The notes: a model not told the origin generated them from the sequence alone. Shown: positions 15,076 through 28,944, counted from the stretch's first letter. The stretch: DNA of 60,274 bases from Eledone cirrhosa (GCA_964016885.1 CAXHJY010001537.1:1-60274); one strand, 5' to 3'. Made by a program: numbers and translations.

Positions 15076-15131
15076 TCATTCTGACGACTGAAAGCAGATT
15101 TGTTTGCTTTCAAGAAACCACTGGTAAATGA
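15076..15131 (+). ncRNA. Hammerhead ribozyme (family E)
   Basis: tcatt-CTGACGA-ctgaaagcaga tttgt ttgctttcaa-GAAA-ccactgg-TA-aatga. Confidence 0.82.
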
Positions 15132-15254
15132 TATAATTATCTTATGTTGTTTATTACATAACTAATATATATATATATATATATATATATTAGTTATGTA
15201 ACATAAGATAATTATATTAAATGATATAATTATCTTATGTTGTTTATTACATAA

Positions 15255-15354
<100 letters not shown>

Positions 15355-15924
15355 ACAAAGCAAATGACGAAGTACAATGAAGTTATATATTAGTCTTTCG
15401 CTTGATATAGTAAGTAATTCGTCTTAATGTTTCGGACATTAAACTGCAAACGCCTTGTAAAGGAAAAGCTTCAACAAAAGAGTCTTCTTACTGAGTTAGC
15501 AAGTGATTATTATGTTACAAAGGATAAATATTAAGACCTTACAAGTAGAGAAACCTATATTTATATTTAAATGTATGTATTTGCCCATATGTGTTCGTGT
15601 AAGGATGTGTATAGCCATGTGTATGTGTACGAGCATACTTATTGTTATATATATTAATTTGTGAATAAATAGAAATCTGCATATATATATATACATGTAT
15701 ATATACATACGCAGACATACATAGGCATATATACATACGCAGACATACATACAGAGATATATACGCAGACATACATACATTATACATTCATACATATATT
15801 TTCAGATATATACATCTATACATCCACACATACACACACACATATACATACATACCTACATACACAGCCACACTCAAACACACATATATATATTTATTTA
15901 TTTATATATATATATATGTATTAC

Positions 15925-15955
<31 letters not shown>

Positions 15956-16059
15956 GACACACACACAGTCACACGCATATATATATATATATTTATACAC
16001 ACACATACACACACGCACACACGCATATATATATGTATATACATGTATCCACACACACG

Positions 16060-16093
<34 letters not shown>

Positions 16094-16103
16094 CACACAC
16101 ATG

Positions 16104-16172
<69 letters not shown>

Positions 16173-16679
16173 ATATATACAAAAGATGGAGTTATACAAA
16201 TGCTAAGCCACCGTTGATCGTTAGCCATAATTGTTTAAGTCTGAAAACTCTAGTAGAATCATTGCCTTGTCTTTGATGAAGTATAATCAGCTTTGAGTAA
16301 GAAGTTAACCAGAACAAGCTCCACTGTTATTGCTCTTAGCGTTTTCCTATATTTCATGTGACTTTACATTAAGTTATTGGGTAGCCATGGGTCGGATTGG
16401 AGTGTGGAGTGTAATGGTGTCTTGTGTTGTGTTGTGTTGTGTTATGGTGTACAGTGGTGGGAAGGAAGGAGTGAAGTAGCGAGGGTATGTCTAAGCTTAC
16501 GAAATTACCTATCTATTATTTATCAAACATGATAAGTACAAACAAAGCAAAACAATAGTGGCTAGCAACATAACATACGATGATGACGAGTTTCTGTCTT
16601 AATACTTCTGGACAATGACACTGCTATAGTCTGCCTGCACAGAATTCGTAGGACTAATAAATCAATTATATACATACTT

Positions 16680-16713
<34 letters not shown>

Positions 16714-16714
16714 T

Positions 16715-16788
<74 letters not shown>

Positions 16789-16887
16789 GTGAATATATAT
16801 ATATATATATTCATTGATTTATATATATATATAAATATGCATGCATATATATATATATACAAATATATATATATTTTTAAATATCTA

Positions 16888-16958
<71 letters not shown>

Positions 16959-17054
16959 TTGTGAATGTGTGTGTGCTTGCAAGAGAGTAGGTGGGTGTAT
17001 CTATGTGTATGTATGAATGGGTATGAGTTTCTCTGCATGTATACAAGTGAAATT

Positions 17055-17153
<99 letters not shown>

Positions 17154-17306
17154 CGGTTGGATTAATTTGACAAGATGGAAATATATGTATGACATGAGAA
17201 CACGGGCCCACAAATATATTTATACATATTTATATTTTTTTATATTTCTTTAAAACCATATAGATATAGTTATTTCTCTCTCCCTCATTCTCTCTATCTA
17301 TCTCAA

Positions 17307-17361
<55 letters not shown>

Positions 17362-17503
17362 GTGTGTGCGCGTAAAAGTTCTTTTAAATTGTTGGGATAC
17401 AACAAGCAAATATTTTTATTACTGATATAAAGCACTCAACAAATATTTGGAGTAAAAATACGATATATTAACAAATGGAAACTATATTTATAAAACCATA
17501 TTT

Positions 17504-17566
17504 ATTTCATTATACATATTTCAAGGACACCAAGTTAAATTATGCTGTGCTTTCATCAGATAAAAT
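17504..17566 (-). ncRNA. Hammerhead ribozyme (family A) in element ~17388-17640
   Basis: attttat-CTGATGA-aagcacagca..tggtgtcctt-GAAA-tatgta-TA-atgaaat. Confidence 0.78.
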
Positions 17567-17640
17567 ATAATATAGATCAGTTTTATAAATAAATATTGAC
17601 ATACGCTTAATGAATGCAACCATTGCTGTTGGAAGCTCCC

Positions 17641-17833
17641 TCATTATCGCTGCCATGTCTTGTGTCTCCAAGAGACCAGTGTCTGTCCTTAGAGCATCAA
17701 CATATGTTAACCTGGGTCTTCCTCTTCCAGTGTGTTGATGCAGGGGCTCCCACAGGAGCACTGGGTGCAGTGTCAACTCTGGATGTCGGTGAACATGTCC
17801 AGCTAACCTCAGTCCCCTCTGGGCTACTCTCGC
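17641..17833 (-). mobile_element. RTE/RTEX-like LINE 3' fragment
   Basis: [34 protein letters not shown]; same family at 58925-59113. Confidence 0.7.
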
Positions 17834-17864
17834 GCATATATATACTGCATATATATATACATGC

Positions 17865-17958
<94 letters not shown>

Positions 17959-18065
17959 ATAATAATAAATGTGAAGACTAAAATCCAAAGAGGGCTCGAT
18001 AAGGATAAATATATATCAAATATATAAGAACCGTAGAGCAAATATTTATTAAAATAATAGATTAA

Positions 18066-18118
18066 AGTTTAAGCGCAAAGAATCGCTGCTTTCATCCTTA
18101 ACGGGATCTTCTGAAACT
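18066..18118 (-). ncRNA. Degenerate hammerhead ribozyme
   Basis: agttt-CAGAAGA-tcccgttaaggat-GAAA-gcagcga ttct ttgcgc-TT-aaact; 5-bp stem I; U4->A. Confidence 0.5.
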
Positions 18119-18282
18119 AAAATAAATCAATCTGTGAATGCAGAAGTAAATATTTCCAAAAACGTTGCAACTGAATTAAGACAGGAAGACGATATTTTGG
18201 TTCGTGTAAACTTTCCCTGGCAAAGGACGGATAAAGACAAAGATACTACGTCATAATTCGGAGCGGCGAAAACAATTACACG

Positions 18283-18375
<93 letters not shown>

Positions 18376-18519
18376 TATTAATAGCTGACTGTCTGTTGCA
18401 ATGCAAACACGTTTTGTGTTTATCATATATTTTAATGTATTTAACTGCTCGGAAATGCCCCTTTCCTGGAGCTTAATTATCGTAAAGGACGGAGAGCTTA
18501 TTCTCAAAATATTATATAG

Positions 18520-18541
<22 letters not shown>

Positions 18542-18551
<10 letters not shown>

Positions 18552-18945
18552 TAAACGGAATAGAAAATGCTGACAAATTGTTCACAGTTGAAAAATGGTT
18601 TAATTAGGAATAAAAGAGTATTAGTGATTGTATGGGTTAGTATTCAGTTGTGGTTTTAAGTTTTTAAGTTTTTACCGGTTGCGCATTTCTAAATGCTTTT
18701 CAAAAATAATTTTGAGATAGAGTGTCCGTGCTGTTTGCTCTGATCAGAGCAAACAGCACGGACACTCTATCTCAAAATTATTTTTGAAAAGCATTTAGAA
18801 ATGCGCAACCGGTAAAAACTTAAAAACTTAAAACCACAACTGAATACTAACCCATACAATCACTAATACTCTTTTATTCCTAATTAAACCATTTTTCAAC
18901 TGTGAACAATTTGTCAGCATTTTCTATTCCGTTTACCAATATATA
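18542..18945. repeat. Spacer-less palindrome with 202-bp arms
   Basis: Centre ctctga|tcagag at 18743/18744; arms read as reverse complements by eye. Confidence 0.92.
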
Positions 18946-18974
18946 ATAACTTGTGTGTTACACCTCTATTCTTT

Positions 18975-19046
<72 letters not shown>

Positions 19047-19129
19047 TGTATATATATATATATATATATATATTAATAATGTTATTTATTGTTACCATAT
19101 TGATTGAATGAGACATAACGGAAGTTGTT

Positions 19130-19272
19130 TATGAATGTATTAAATTATGTAGGAGACTTTTAAGTCATGTTCTGGTGTCAACTAGACGGTGGAAGGTTAT
19201 CTACAATGGCTCCATCGTTACAACTGAAACGAAAGAATGGTATTTAACTAATGTAATGGTACGCGATGGGGC
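19130..19272 (-). mobile_element. 3' UTR fragment of the CRE-like element
   Basis: Shares GAAAGAATGGTATTTAACTAATGTAATGGTACGCGATGGGG with 19963-20003. Confidence 0.55.
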
Positions 19273-19293
19273 ACATATATTTAATATAGAAAT

Positions 19294-19345
19294 GGTTTCT
19301 ACAAGACTAGAACTGTTTCATTCGAAGGAAATTATCAGGAAAGCC
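19294..19345 (-). ncRNA. Hammerhead ribozyme (family C), G8->A decayed
   Basis: ggctttc-CTGATAA-..-GAAA-cagttctagtcttg-TA-gaaacc. Confidence 0.55.
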
Positions 19346-19354
19346 AATTGATGA

Positions 19355-22250
19355 TTTCTTTTTCTTCTCAAAGGCGTTGCCGCACGTTTCATCCCACAAA
19401 ACTATGAGTTTCATCAGGAAGATCATCACCTTTCAGACCACAGAATTACATCTGGCTTCAGGATTGTAACGTCAACATGAGGAAACTGCTGTTCTAACTG
19501 TGATGGATGAATTTTCTCCTTCTCACAAAAACATGATGGATTGGGATGGTTTCCTCCTCTCTGAGTCGTAGTTCTTGCATCGATATTCATCCAATTATTA
19601 GGAAGTGTCATGAGCAACATGTTGAGATATTTGTAAGTGCTGGTTTACATCTTGGCAGAATATTCAACACAGTATTTCTCTTCACACAAAGCTTGCAAAA
19701 TTCGTCCTTTCGTATGCCACACCTTTGCAATTTGTTGGAATTGAGAGTAGCAGGAGGGAGATTCAAAAAGGGTTAAGTCTCCACAAATCCTTCCAAGTGA
19801 TCTTCCTCTTAAGGGTGTCCCATTTGCTCCAATCTCGTGACTTTCGTCGATATTCCTGCTGGTTCCATACTACTTTCTAAATACGCTTTCGTCAGATAAA
19901 ATATAATAATTGGTGTGATGAAACCCACCTTTATAAAGTAAGTATATATATATGTATGAGATGAAAGAATGGTATTTAACTAATGTAATGGTACGCGATG
20001 GGGTCCACCCACAGCCCCGGCGGACAGAATGGAGAAGGCGTTTCCTCGGAGGTACGGCAAGGGAGACGCGCTGGAAAAGCCACTCCAACTGGCGTGGCTC
20101 ACACCTACGGCTGACCAGCTCAGCGCCTATGGTGGTGAGTAAGGAGGTAGCCTTGGGGTCAAGGACACCAGAAGTTTCCACTGCCAGGGGAACGACCGCA
20201 AACTTGTCGGAGAACGACTGGTATTTGAGGAGTTCGGGCCCCTCAGCCCGACGTGCAGCAGAACCTGGGTCAGTCGCAGACTGCACCAGGTTGCGGCTGC
20301 AGAAAGTGTAGCTCTCTTCTTCTCCTTTTTAACTTACCGTTTCCCATAGGCGGAGATAAGAAGTTCCGTGATTCTCGTCTTCTGTCGATGTTTATCCAAT
20401 GATATCTTGTAGCTTCTTCATATTTTCAACTTTAGCGACATATCTTCAGTTACTCGCGCATTGATCCTGTAGTGACGTATGAATGTCGTTAATCTTGTGA
20501 GATATTTTATTTGAATTCCTCCACCACAGATGACTTAGAAAACCGGAACTGCCCTGATAATATGTAGAGACCTACATTAGTGAAAATTGAAGGAGGTACC
20601 TCTTTATCCCACTCTCCGCTCTCTCCACGCATATCATAGAACGTTCTTACACTTTCGACGGCCATATGTGTCTAGGCAGCAGACCATATTGCTAGAGCAA
20701 TGCTTTATAGTTTCCCAGAAGCCCTGATTTTTTTCTTCTCAACCATTCCTCCGTCGGTTTTTCTGTAATGGTGATGCTGTTCATGTTTGTGAATCATCAA
20801 ACTACTGACCATGTCATTTTCATTTGATTCTCTTATATCGATGAAATAGTCTTTCCCTACACGTGCAACTTTAACCTTTTTGTCACTTTCTCTTTCCTGA
20901 TCACCATACTTCTGGTTTAATGTGGTTTAAACCTCATCATGTTCCATATTATCACATGGTTTAGTACCATGGAGGTTGTGTGATCATCCATGAAACCTCT
21001 TATTTGGTGATGTTGAATGCCCTGTACTTTGTGTTGTCCTTGGGCTCCTTTCTCAGCAGTTGCTATAATGAGGTTCATTGGCATGATAAAGCGAAGAGGA
21101 GAAACTCTGACCAATTACAATTGACTTTTCCAGGTTTTTCCATTAAGGTGTAAACTGGACTGTTTTAATCCGCAGTTGTAAGCCAGCATAATAGCTAATA
21201 ATCATTCTCTCGGTGTGTTGAAGGCTATAGTTGTGGCCCACTGCCGTTTGTATGAGGATATAGGAGATTGATCCATATGCAATAGCTAAACCTAGCCAAA
21301 CAAGCCAGGTTACTTTTGGAGGTTCCCCCAAATCTTCTGACTGAGATCGCTGGTGTGTTCCAAACATAAAGAGAAGCCTGGATCTCACCTCTCAGGATAG
21401 TGCTATTGATTGTATCCATTCTCAGTCATGTACGAGCTTATCCTTTTTCCACCACTGAAAATATTTTCCTTTTCACATGTCGAAATTAGATTGTTTTGAA
21501 ATAGCTGATGACTGAGACGTTTTCTTCTTTTGACACAAAACAGCCAGTTTCCTTTATCTCTAGATCATTTCGGGAGAACTTCCATTGTCTCCGAAAGAAT
21601 GCCAAGCACTGTTTATATACTTTGTAAGGTATTCTGCTTAGGCCAGAAGAAGATCCCTTCCGGATTTCTCATCTCTCTAACTTCTTTTCAAGAGAACACA
21701 CTGATGTTAAATCTTTCTTCTGGTGATTCGGCTTTACTGATGCTTGGCAGTGCTTTGACCAGGCATGGACAACTTTTTACAAATGTTGAGCTGCATAGGA
21801 TGTAGCTCATTATAAGAAGGGTCGCAATAAGAAAAAAAATTCAAGACATCCTCTTCTTCTTCGTCCAATTATTCCTGAGAGGCTCTTGGGAGCAGAGCCC
21901 TCAAACATTCCTTCCAGTGGGTCCTGTCAGAAGCAACTGTCTCCAACTGATCCGGCTGGACCCCCAAGCGTGACTGGCAATTTTGAAATTAGGCGTTGCA
22001 TTCAGAAAACCAAACGGACCGCAGTTTGCCCGTGACAAACCTCGACCTTGTTTGATTTTGAAACGGGTCGTTGTGTGTCTCCACAAAGTAAGTTTTCTAC
22101 ATGTTCTCTGTGGTTGATCAGTCTCCTGGATGCTACTTCTAGCAACGTTTTGTCCAATCTAAAGTGATATTTGCTAAAATGAACCCTCTTTTGTTCTCCT
22201 TCCACGCTGTTCCTGCTCTTCTGAGTCTGTAGAGGTGTTTCTGGAACCGA
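19355..22250 (-). mobile_element. Heavily decayed HERO/NeSL-like RLE retrotransposon, interrupted at ~19870-20310
   Basis: Decayed RT motifs LVWLGLAIAYGSI and IRGFMDD; RLE KPDVILWS followed by LMKLIVLWDETCGNAFEKK. Confidence 0.65.
19960..20310 (-). mobile_element. CRE-clade non-LTR retrotransposon 3' fragment (RLE C-terminus)
   Basis: AARRAE..KY..FAVVPLAVETSG..WLFQRVSLAV motif. Confidence 0.75.
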
Positions 22251-22260
22251 TTCCTTAGAT

Positions 22261-22427
22261 CAGTGGTTCACAAAGAGGGTTCTGTAAAGGAGTATCTGTG
22301 GTTCCGACAAAAAAGCTAGAGGTATATATTTATATTACAACCATATAACAGTATTAGACATTGGGATTCTCCCAAAAGTTTCTCAACCAAAAAGGGTTCT
22401 GCGCTTGAAAAGCTTTGGAAAAGCCTG
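22261..22427. mobile_element. hAT (Charlie-like) MITE
   Basis: Starts CAGTGGTTCACAAA, ends TTTGGAAAAGCCTG; 8-bp TSD ccttagat (22253-22260) / ccttagac (22428-22435). Confidence 0.75.
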
Positions 22428-22489
22428 CCTTAGACCATTGATCTCTTCACCTTCACTATCAAGGTCTTAAAGAATTGATCGTAAATAAT

Positions 22490-23640
22490 TTGTTAGGAAG
22501 ATAGATTTAAGTTTAAAGTAATAAAAATATGTTAAAATTCCGAGCGTGCGCGTTATAAATAATCTGGGGAAGAGTGTGCGATGCATGCATGTGCGTGCGT
22601 GAATGTAAGTGTGTTTAGTGGGATGTATGTGTGTGTGTGCATGAATGAAAGTTTATGTAATGAAAGGCGTGTGCGAATATGTATATAATAAAAAGGGGGA
22701 AATATGTGTGCGATATATATGCGTATATGCCTAGTGAGGACATAGATTTAATTTGAAAGAGAGAATGAAATGGACAACTGGGATGTTGGAACCAAGGCTT
22801 TTAACTTAGCCATTCTGGTGCACTTCTTTCCATTTGATTATTGTTCCTAGGTTTTAATTGCTTGATCAAGGGGGCTTCCTTAATTCTCAGCGTGCCTATA
22901 CTGCGTTCGGTAGTTAAGATTGTGGTGGTAATGCTGTTGTCCCGGGTTCCACATTTGATGATGTGTTTGATAACATGCTCTTTAATACGGAAGTGTAACG
23001 GTCGAATAGTGCTGCCTATGTAGAATAGATTGCATTTATTACATTCTAGCCTGTATACTACGTAGGTACGTAGGCAACAATTAGTGTTGCGGATAGGGCA
23101 ATTGGCTAGGGTGCATCTGTTATCTTCGGTGGGGGGTGTCTTGTGGAGAAGCATCTTCGTAGCGAAAGTCCAGAGTGAGCTAGTATGATATTGAGGCCTG
23201 CTCTACTGATGGCTTTGCGTGGTGGTTTCCACACTTGGGTGTGGGATCTTGAAAATGCAACTGTTGTTTGTGTTGGTCCGGTCTCTGGGTCTGGGGTTTC
23301 ATAGTTCATCGAAGGGTGGAGAAAGAAACTGGGTAACCATTAATCTCAAACACCCTGTGGAATCGTCTGATATGGGTGTCTCTATAAGCATCGTTGCTGC
23401 ATTGGTTGCGTATGAGAGCTATTTCGTTGAAGATGTACCCTCTTTAGAGCTGTTGGGGAGGGCAGATTTGTAATGAACAAACATGTCCCTGCTGGCCGCT
23501 TTGCGGTAGAAATCGGTGTGGATTTCACCGCTATCAGAGATGTTCAATTGTCGGATTTCATCTATCGTCCAATTGAGTATTCTAAACGTTAGTGTTAGGA
23601 AAAGCACAACATCGCACAATGTGAACCACTGTTTTACTGT
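22490..23640 (-). mobile_element. Penelope-like element remnant (RT thumb + GIY-YIG endonuclease)
   Basis: TDFYRKAASRDMFVHYKSALP; CTLANCPI..VVYRLECNKCNLFYIGSTIRPLHFRIKEH. The 3' boundary is approximate. Confidence 0.85.
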
Positions 23641-23644
23641 GCGC

Positions 23645-24990
23645 AGAGAGTTCCGATGACCATATTTTTCTTAATCAGGTGTAATATTCCCTGGTTACGC
23701 GTTCCTTATTACAGATACCATTATAGGATATGTTCTCATCTATCCCCAGGTATCTGTAACAGTCCTCATCAGATATCGGTGAAACAGTTAGGCCATTGAT
23801 GACAATGTTGTAATATTGGGTTGTAGTTTTCCCCGCTTTACAGTCATATATAAACGTTTATCTTGTCCAAACTCCATTCCTATATGCTTTGAGAATGTTG
23901 TAACCAGGTCAAGATTTTTCTTCATCCCATCTATGTTCTTGTGTATAGAGTTTCAGGTCATTCACAAAGAAATTATGGTTTAAATTTGTATATCTGTCCT
24001 CCTGTGAGCCAATGATGTATCCTTCACATTTCTTGAGCAGAAAGGACAAGGAGTTTAATGGCAGGATGAATAACAGCACACAGAGACTGTCTCTTTGAAA
24101 TATACCCCTGTGATATTCTATTTTATAAGTGAAAATAGAGTCCTCCTTCTCTGTCTTTAACTTTAGGATAGTGTCCCAAGAAGAAGACAGCTTCTCTACG
24201 GCTCTGATAATTATGTCTGGGACTTTAGCAAGTCGGAGGGCCTCTATCATCCAAGTGTGTGGAACAGAATAGAAAGCTTTCCTGTAGTCCAGCCAGACTG
24301 TAGCCATATTCCTCCTAAGTTGTCGCATCTCCGACATCGCAGTTTTGTTGATTAGGAGTTGTTGAGCACACTCCAAAAACCCTTTCTTTCCAACTGCGTG
24401 TTCATCTGTGATAATACCATTACTATTGCAATGATCTTGAAGAAATAAGTTCAAGCAAGCTGTCTACATCTTATACATCAGGTTCTGGCTTGCAATGGGT
24501 CGGTAGTTTTTCCAAGTGGGTGTCTTTGTTCAGTATTGTTTGCGCTAATGTCAGCCATTCTGGTATATGTGTATCTCCATTGAGAACTTGTTGGTATATG
24601 TCGATAAGATACATCCGATAGAATATTAGTTTTTTGTACCAGTAGCCGACAATCATGTCTCTTCCTGGTGTTTTCCTATCACAGTCTCAAGGATATCTTC
24701 ATCTATTCGGTATGTTTTTGTTGTAGTGTAGGAGCAATAGTTCTTTGGGATTTCTTTTAGCCGCAACTTGGTTGAAATTCTTCTTTTCACCTCATATTTT
24801 TCTCTAAAAGGAATCTATGTCTTTCTGGGATGTGGCCTCAGTGAACCTTATTTTGCCCTTCATATCTCTATAGACAGATGTTTGGTTTCGTCTGAATCTT
24901 TTATTAAGCACTTTTCTTCGATCTACCTTCTCCTGGTATCGACGTTTCTCGCTGACAACTCTCAATTCTTGTTTGGGGGGTGATCAGCTT
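23645..24990 (-). mobile_element. Decayed R4/Dong-like RT fragment (different subfamily from 1-3918)
   Basis: QQLLINK, VWLDYRKAFYSVPHTW, GIFQRDSL, NHNFFVNDLKLY. Confidence 0.8.
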
Positions 24991-25135
24991 AAATTGAAGA
25001 GTTCTGGTTGTACCAAATATATGTATGTATGTTTGTATGTTTGCATTTATATATATATATGAACGTACGTATGTATATATGCCTGTATGAATATATGTAT
25101 ATATGTATGTATATATGTATGAATGCATTTATGTT

Positions 25136-25181
<46 letters not shown>

Positions 25182-25183
<2 letters not shown>

Positions 25184-28100
25184 AGAGTTAAACAAGGTTC
25201 AATGAATACATCAAAGAATGAGCTTTACAATAGATTGGAAGCACTCAACAGTTAAAATGTTTTCCAGAGTTATTAATATTAATTCAAAAATATTAACAAA
25301 ATAGATATTCTTGTGATCAAATTATATTTTATTATACATATTTCAGAGGTACTGAGTTAAGTTCAACAGTACGTCCTCATCAGATAAAATAAAATGATAC
25401 ATGACATACCCTGACATGGTAGATGGTTAAGATTCAATCAAGGTGGTGATTAACTTATGACAAACTCAATATTTATACCCTAATATTGAGAACATGAGAT
25501 AACGTAATACAAACAATAGAGATTTTAAGAAATACATGGCATCAATATAACGGTTATAAAACTACTACAGAAAGAGGAAGGAAAAGAAAGCATAGAGGAA
25601 GAAAGTATTTAGTATGTGGCTTGAGAAGACAGATGAAAGATGATTAAAGAGAGAGAGAGACAAAGGGGAGTAATTTATGTTCAAGTTTCTATACACACAG
25701 ATTTCTATAAAATATAGTTGGCGGTTAATTTTCAAAATATTTAATTTATGTTATTTCAGGGTAAAGAATCATGTTTTAGGTTTTAAAAGTTAATAGGTAT
25801 TTTTATTAATATTATAATATAATTATGTTAAATTTCTAAAGTTCAAATTTTATGAAAACAAATTTAAAGGATTTACGAAACATGAGAAAGAAAATATATA
25901 TATATAATGTTTTATATCCCCACGAAGGTAATCTTTACCAAAATTACTTATAATATTGACAACAGTTTCTATAATATAATTTATAAGATAATTATAGTTA
26001 TAATTATTAAAGAATTTATTGTTAAATAGTTTGAGTGCCTTAAGTATCAACCGGCCTTATAATTAAACTTAAAGTAGTCAGAAATTTCAACTATATATAT
26101 GTATTGATCATAAAATACCAAGATTATAGTTTATTATTCATAGTTGAGGTGATACCTTTCAAATATAAATAATATATTATTATATTACAATAATGCAATA
26201 TTGCAATATAGTAAATCATTTCCTGAAGATATTGCTCAAAAATATATATAGTTAAAAATATTGTTAAAGAATTAATGTTTTATATCAATTATTTTCATAT
26301 AGTTGATATATACTATAAAGATATGTCAAAACTATAAGAGTCCTAGTGATAAGGGCTAGATACAAAATAAATATAGAAATAAAAGAAAAGGAATTATTTG
26401 TGAAATTTAAAGATGCCCAAAATTAGAAATAAATGCAATAGGGTTTTAATAAGGAGTAGAAAAGATATCTCTAAAATAGTTTAGCGAATGTGATATAAAG
26501 AAGCGCTGAATATTTGAAAAAGCTGAGGGTAATCTAAATTTAATTAAAATAAAATAAACAAAATAAATTAAATTAAATTATATTATATTATTTTATATTA
26601 TATTAAGTAAATGATTATATAAGTTCGACCTTCCAGGGAATACCAAACACTCATAACAATATAAAGTCATTTGAGTGTCTAAATTATTTATAAATTTAAC
26701 TACGATTATGTTATTCCACTAGATAAAGATATTTGTACAACTATATATATATATAATTATAGGTATTGATGAAACGGTATACATTTAATAAAAAAATAAT
26801 AATTATAATCATTGTTAGTAATGCTATAATTGTAGTTTTACCTCTAGTTCACTGGAGAGATAAACCAATATTTGTCAGCTATTATGGTTTGTTAAATCTA
26901 TACCTAGATATACATTAAAAAAAACAATGCAAATCTAACTTTCCGAGTCCCCAAAACATACTCAAAATGAGTAAAATATATATATATAAAATATGCAAAC
27001 GCATGAATGATACACAGTTCAAATTATAATCAGTAAATTTACAAGTTAAATATCCAAACTATATATCTAAAACAGAGACAGATAAATAAAGATCTGAATC
27101 AAAGTTATAAATATCCAAAAAATCATAGGGTACATCTATCAAGTAAACAAGTTATCAAACAAGTGTCCTTCATTCAAACATTAATTCTATTATAAATGAT
27201 TAGAAGATAAAGCATTATTAAAGTTTTATAAACCGTTATGACTTTTATGTTCAACAGTTGATAATAGACGTCAAAAATCAGGCCTGATTGTTTACTGTTT
27301 TTTCCGGACTTTTTGCGAGGCTTGGAATGTAGACAAAGCTTTATGAAGGCAGTTTGAGAATAATTCACTTTTTTTGGTAATTAAGTTTTCATAATTATTA
27401 ATTATTAATAGGGTTTCCTTTGTAGAGAGGTTGAAGTTAATTGATATTGAAGAGTTGGTATAAATTCCACTATTACAAAGCTTCGTCCAAAAGATCGAGT
27501 ATTTTTAATTTTTGTCTTTTAATGACCATATAAGCTGTGAAAAAGAAGTCGAAGACTTCCTATTAAAATTCGAGAATGAGCATTTGTGATTCGCAAATCT
27601 CGATTTAAATGTCGAAGAAGTTGCTCCTATGTAGTTGTGTGTTGTTATTTGTTTTTACGGTGCAGACAATTATTTTGCAGAGGGCAATCTGGTTTATTTC
27701 TACAATTACATTTTGATTTATTATTATTTATATTATTTATTATTATTTATATTAACACTATTATTAATATCATTATGTTGATTTTGATTTAGAATTATAC
27801 TGTTTATTTTAGCCATGTTTTGGGCCATATTCATAGTTGTAGAATAAGACAGTTTAATTGTGCGTCTATTAAATGTAGAGTGGTATTTATGTTGACTAGG
27901 GAATGAACTATCAAAAGCTTTAAAAAATAGATTAGCTATTGGTGTTCTTACTGCTACAGAAGCAGGGGGGGGGGGGCAAGCCATATAACTGATTTAGTTA
28001 TGGTTCTTTTCCCCAATTTATTCACAGTACAGGTGTTTGAATAATAATTATTAGAATTTATAGAATTTCGTTTATATATGCCATTATTTTTATCAGGATT

Positions 28101-28230
28101 AAAACTCGGATTATTATTGTCTATATATTCTATATTATTTTGATAACCTGCCTTTTTTAACGCATCATTGTAATATCCTGCATTTTCATCAAATATTGAT
28201 TTATTGGCAGATATTCTATTTATGCGTTTT
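25182..28230 (-). mobile_element. 5'-truncated Neptune-type Penelope-like element with long AT-rich 3' region and terminal HHR
   Basis: Minus-strand remnants [61 protein letters not shown] (~27280-28200); HHR at 25326-25390; both ends in (TA)n. Continuity of 25400-27280 with the element is inferred. Confidence 0.78.
25326..25390 (-). ncRNA. Hammerhead ribozyme (family A2) at the PLE 3' end
   Basis: attttat-CTGATGA-ggacgtactg..cagtacctct-GAAA-tatgta-TA-ataaaat. Confidence 0.82.
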
Positions 28231-28242
28231 TGTACGCTATTT

Positions 28243-28309
<67 letters not shown>

Positions 28310-28366
28310 TATTTACACTATATATATATATATAAATGTATATATATATATATACGTTATTTACAC

Positions 28367-28398
<32 letters not shown>

Positions 28399-28644
28399 TA
28401 TACATATATATATATATATGTATATATCTATGTATCTATGTATCTATGTATGTATATATGTATGTATGCAAGCATGCATGTATGAATATATGTATGTAAC
28501 TATGTATGTATGTTTGTATGTAAGCATGCATGCATATATCTATCTATGTACGTACGTACATACGTATGTAAGTATGTATACATGCATATATGTATGTATA
28601 TATGTATATATGTATATATGTATATATGTATATGTGTATGTATA

Positions 28645-28925
28645 TGCGTGGGGACATAGAAATAGTTGGGCTGGATACCCGATCGCACAGTTAAACCACT
28701 GGGAGTGAAGGACCCCTAGCCTTTGTCAAGGCATTCTTCTAGGAGAAGGCTACTCAGGAAACTGGGATAACTCCGATAAAAAACCTGCGGCTCAGTAGTT
28801 ACCGATGATGTTGAACTTTTCTTCTTTTCGGGTTATAGCTACTGTCGCTCAGAGAGTGGGATTGGCTCAGTGCACAGTCTTTCCTAACTTTAAAAAATCT
28901 TCTCGCACAGGCATTGCACGATAGA
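28645..28925 (+). mobile_element. RTE 5'UTR-related repeat, diverged relative of the 4931/5429/56822 family
   Basis: From 28701: GGGAG..GACCCCTAGCCTTTGTCAAGGCA..CTAGGAGAAGG..GAGAGTGGGA..GCACAGGCATTGC. Confidence 0.65.
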
Positions 28926-28944
28926 ATTAATTAATAATTACTAA

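Noticed and set aside
19868-19902. Minus-strand attttat-CTGACGA-aagc as a complete family A ribozyme
   Set aside because: Only the 5' half is credible; stems II, III and I' do not pair. It is probably a truncated remnant.
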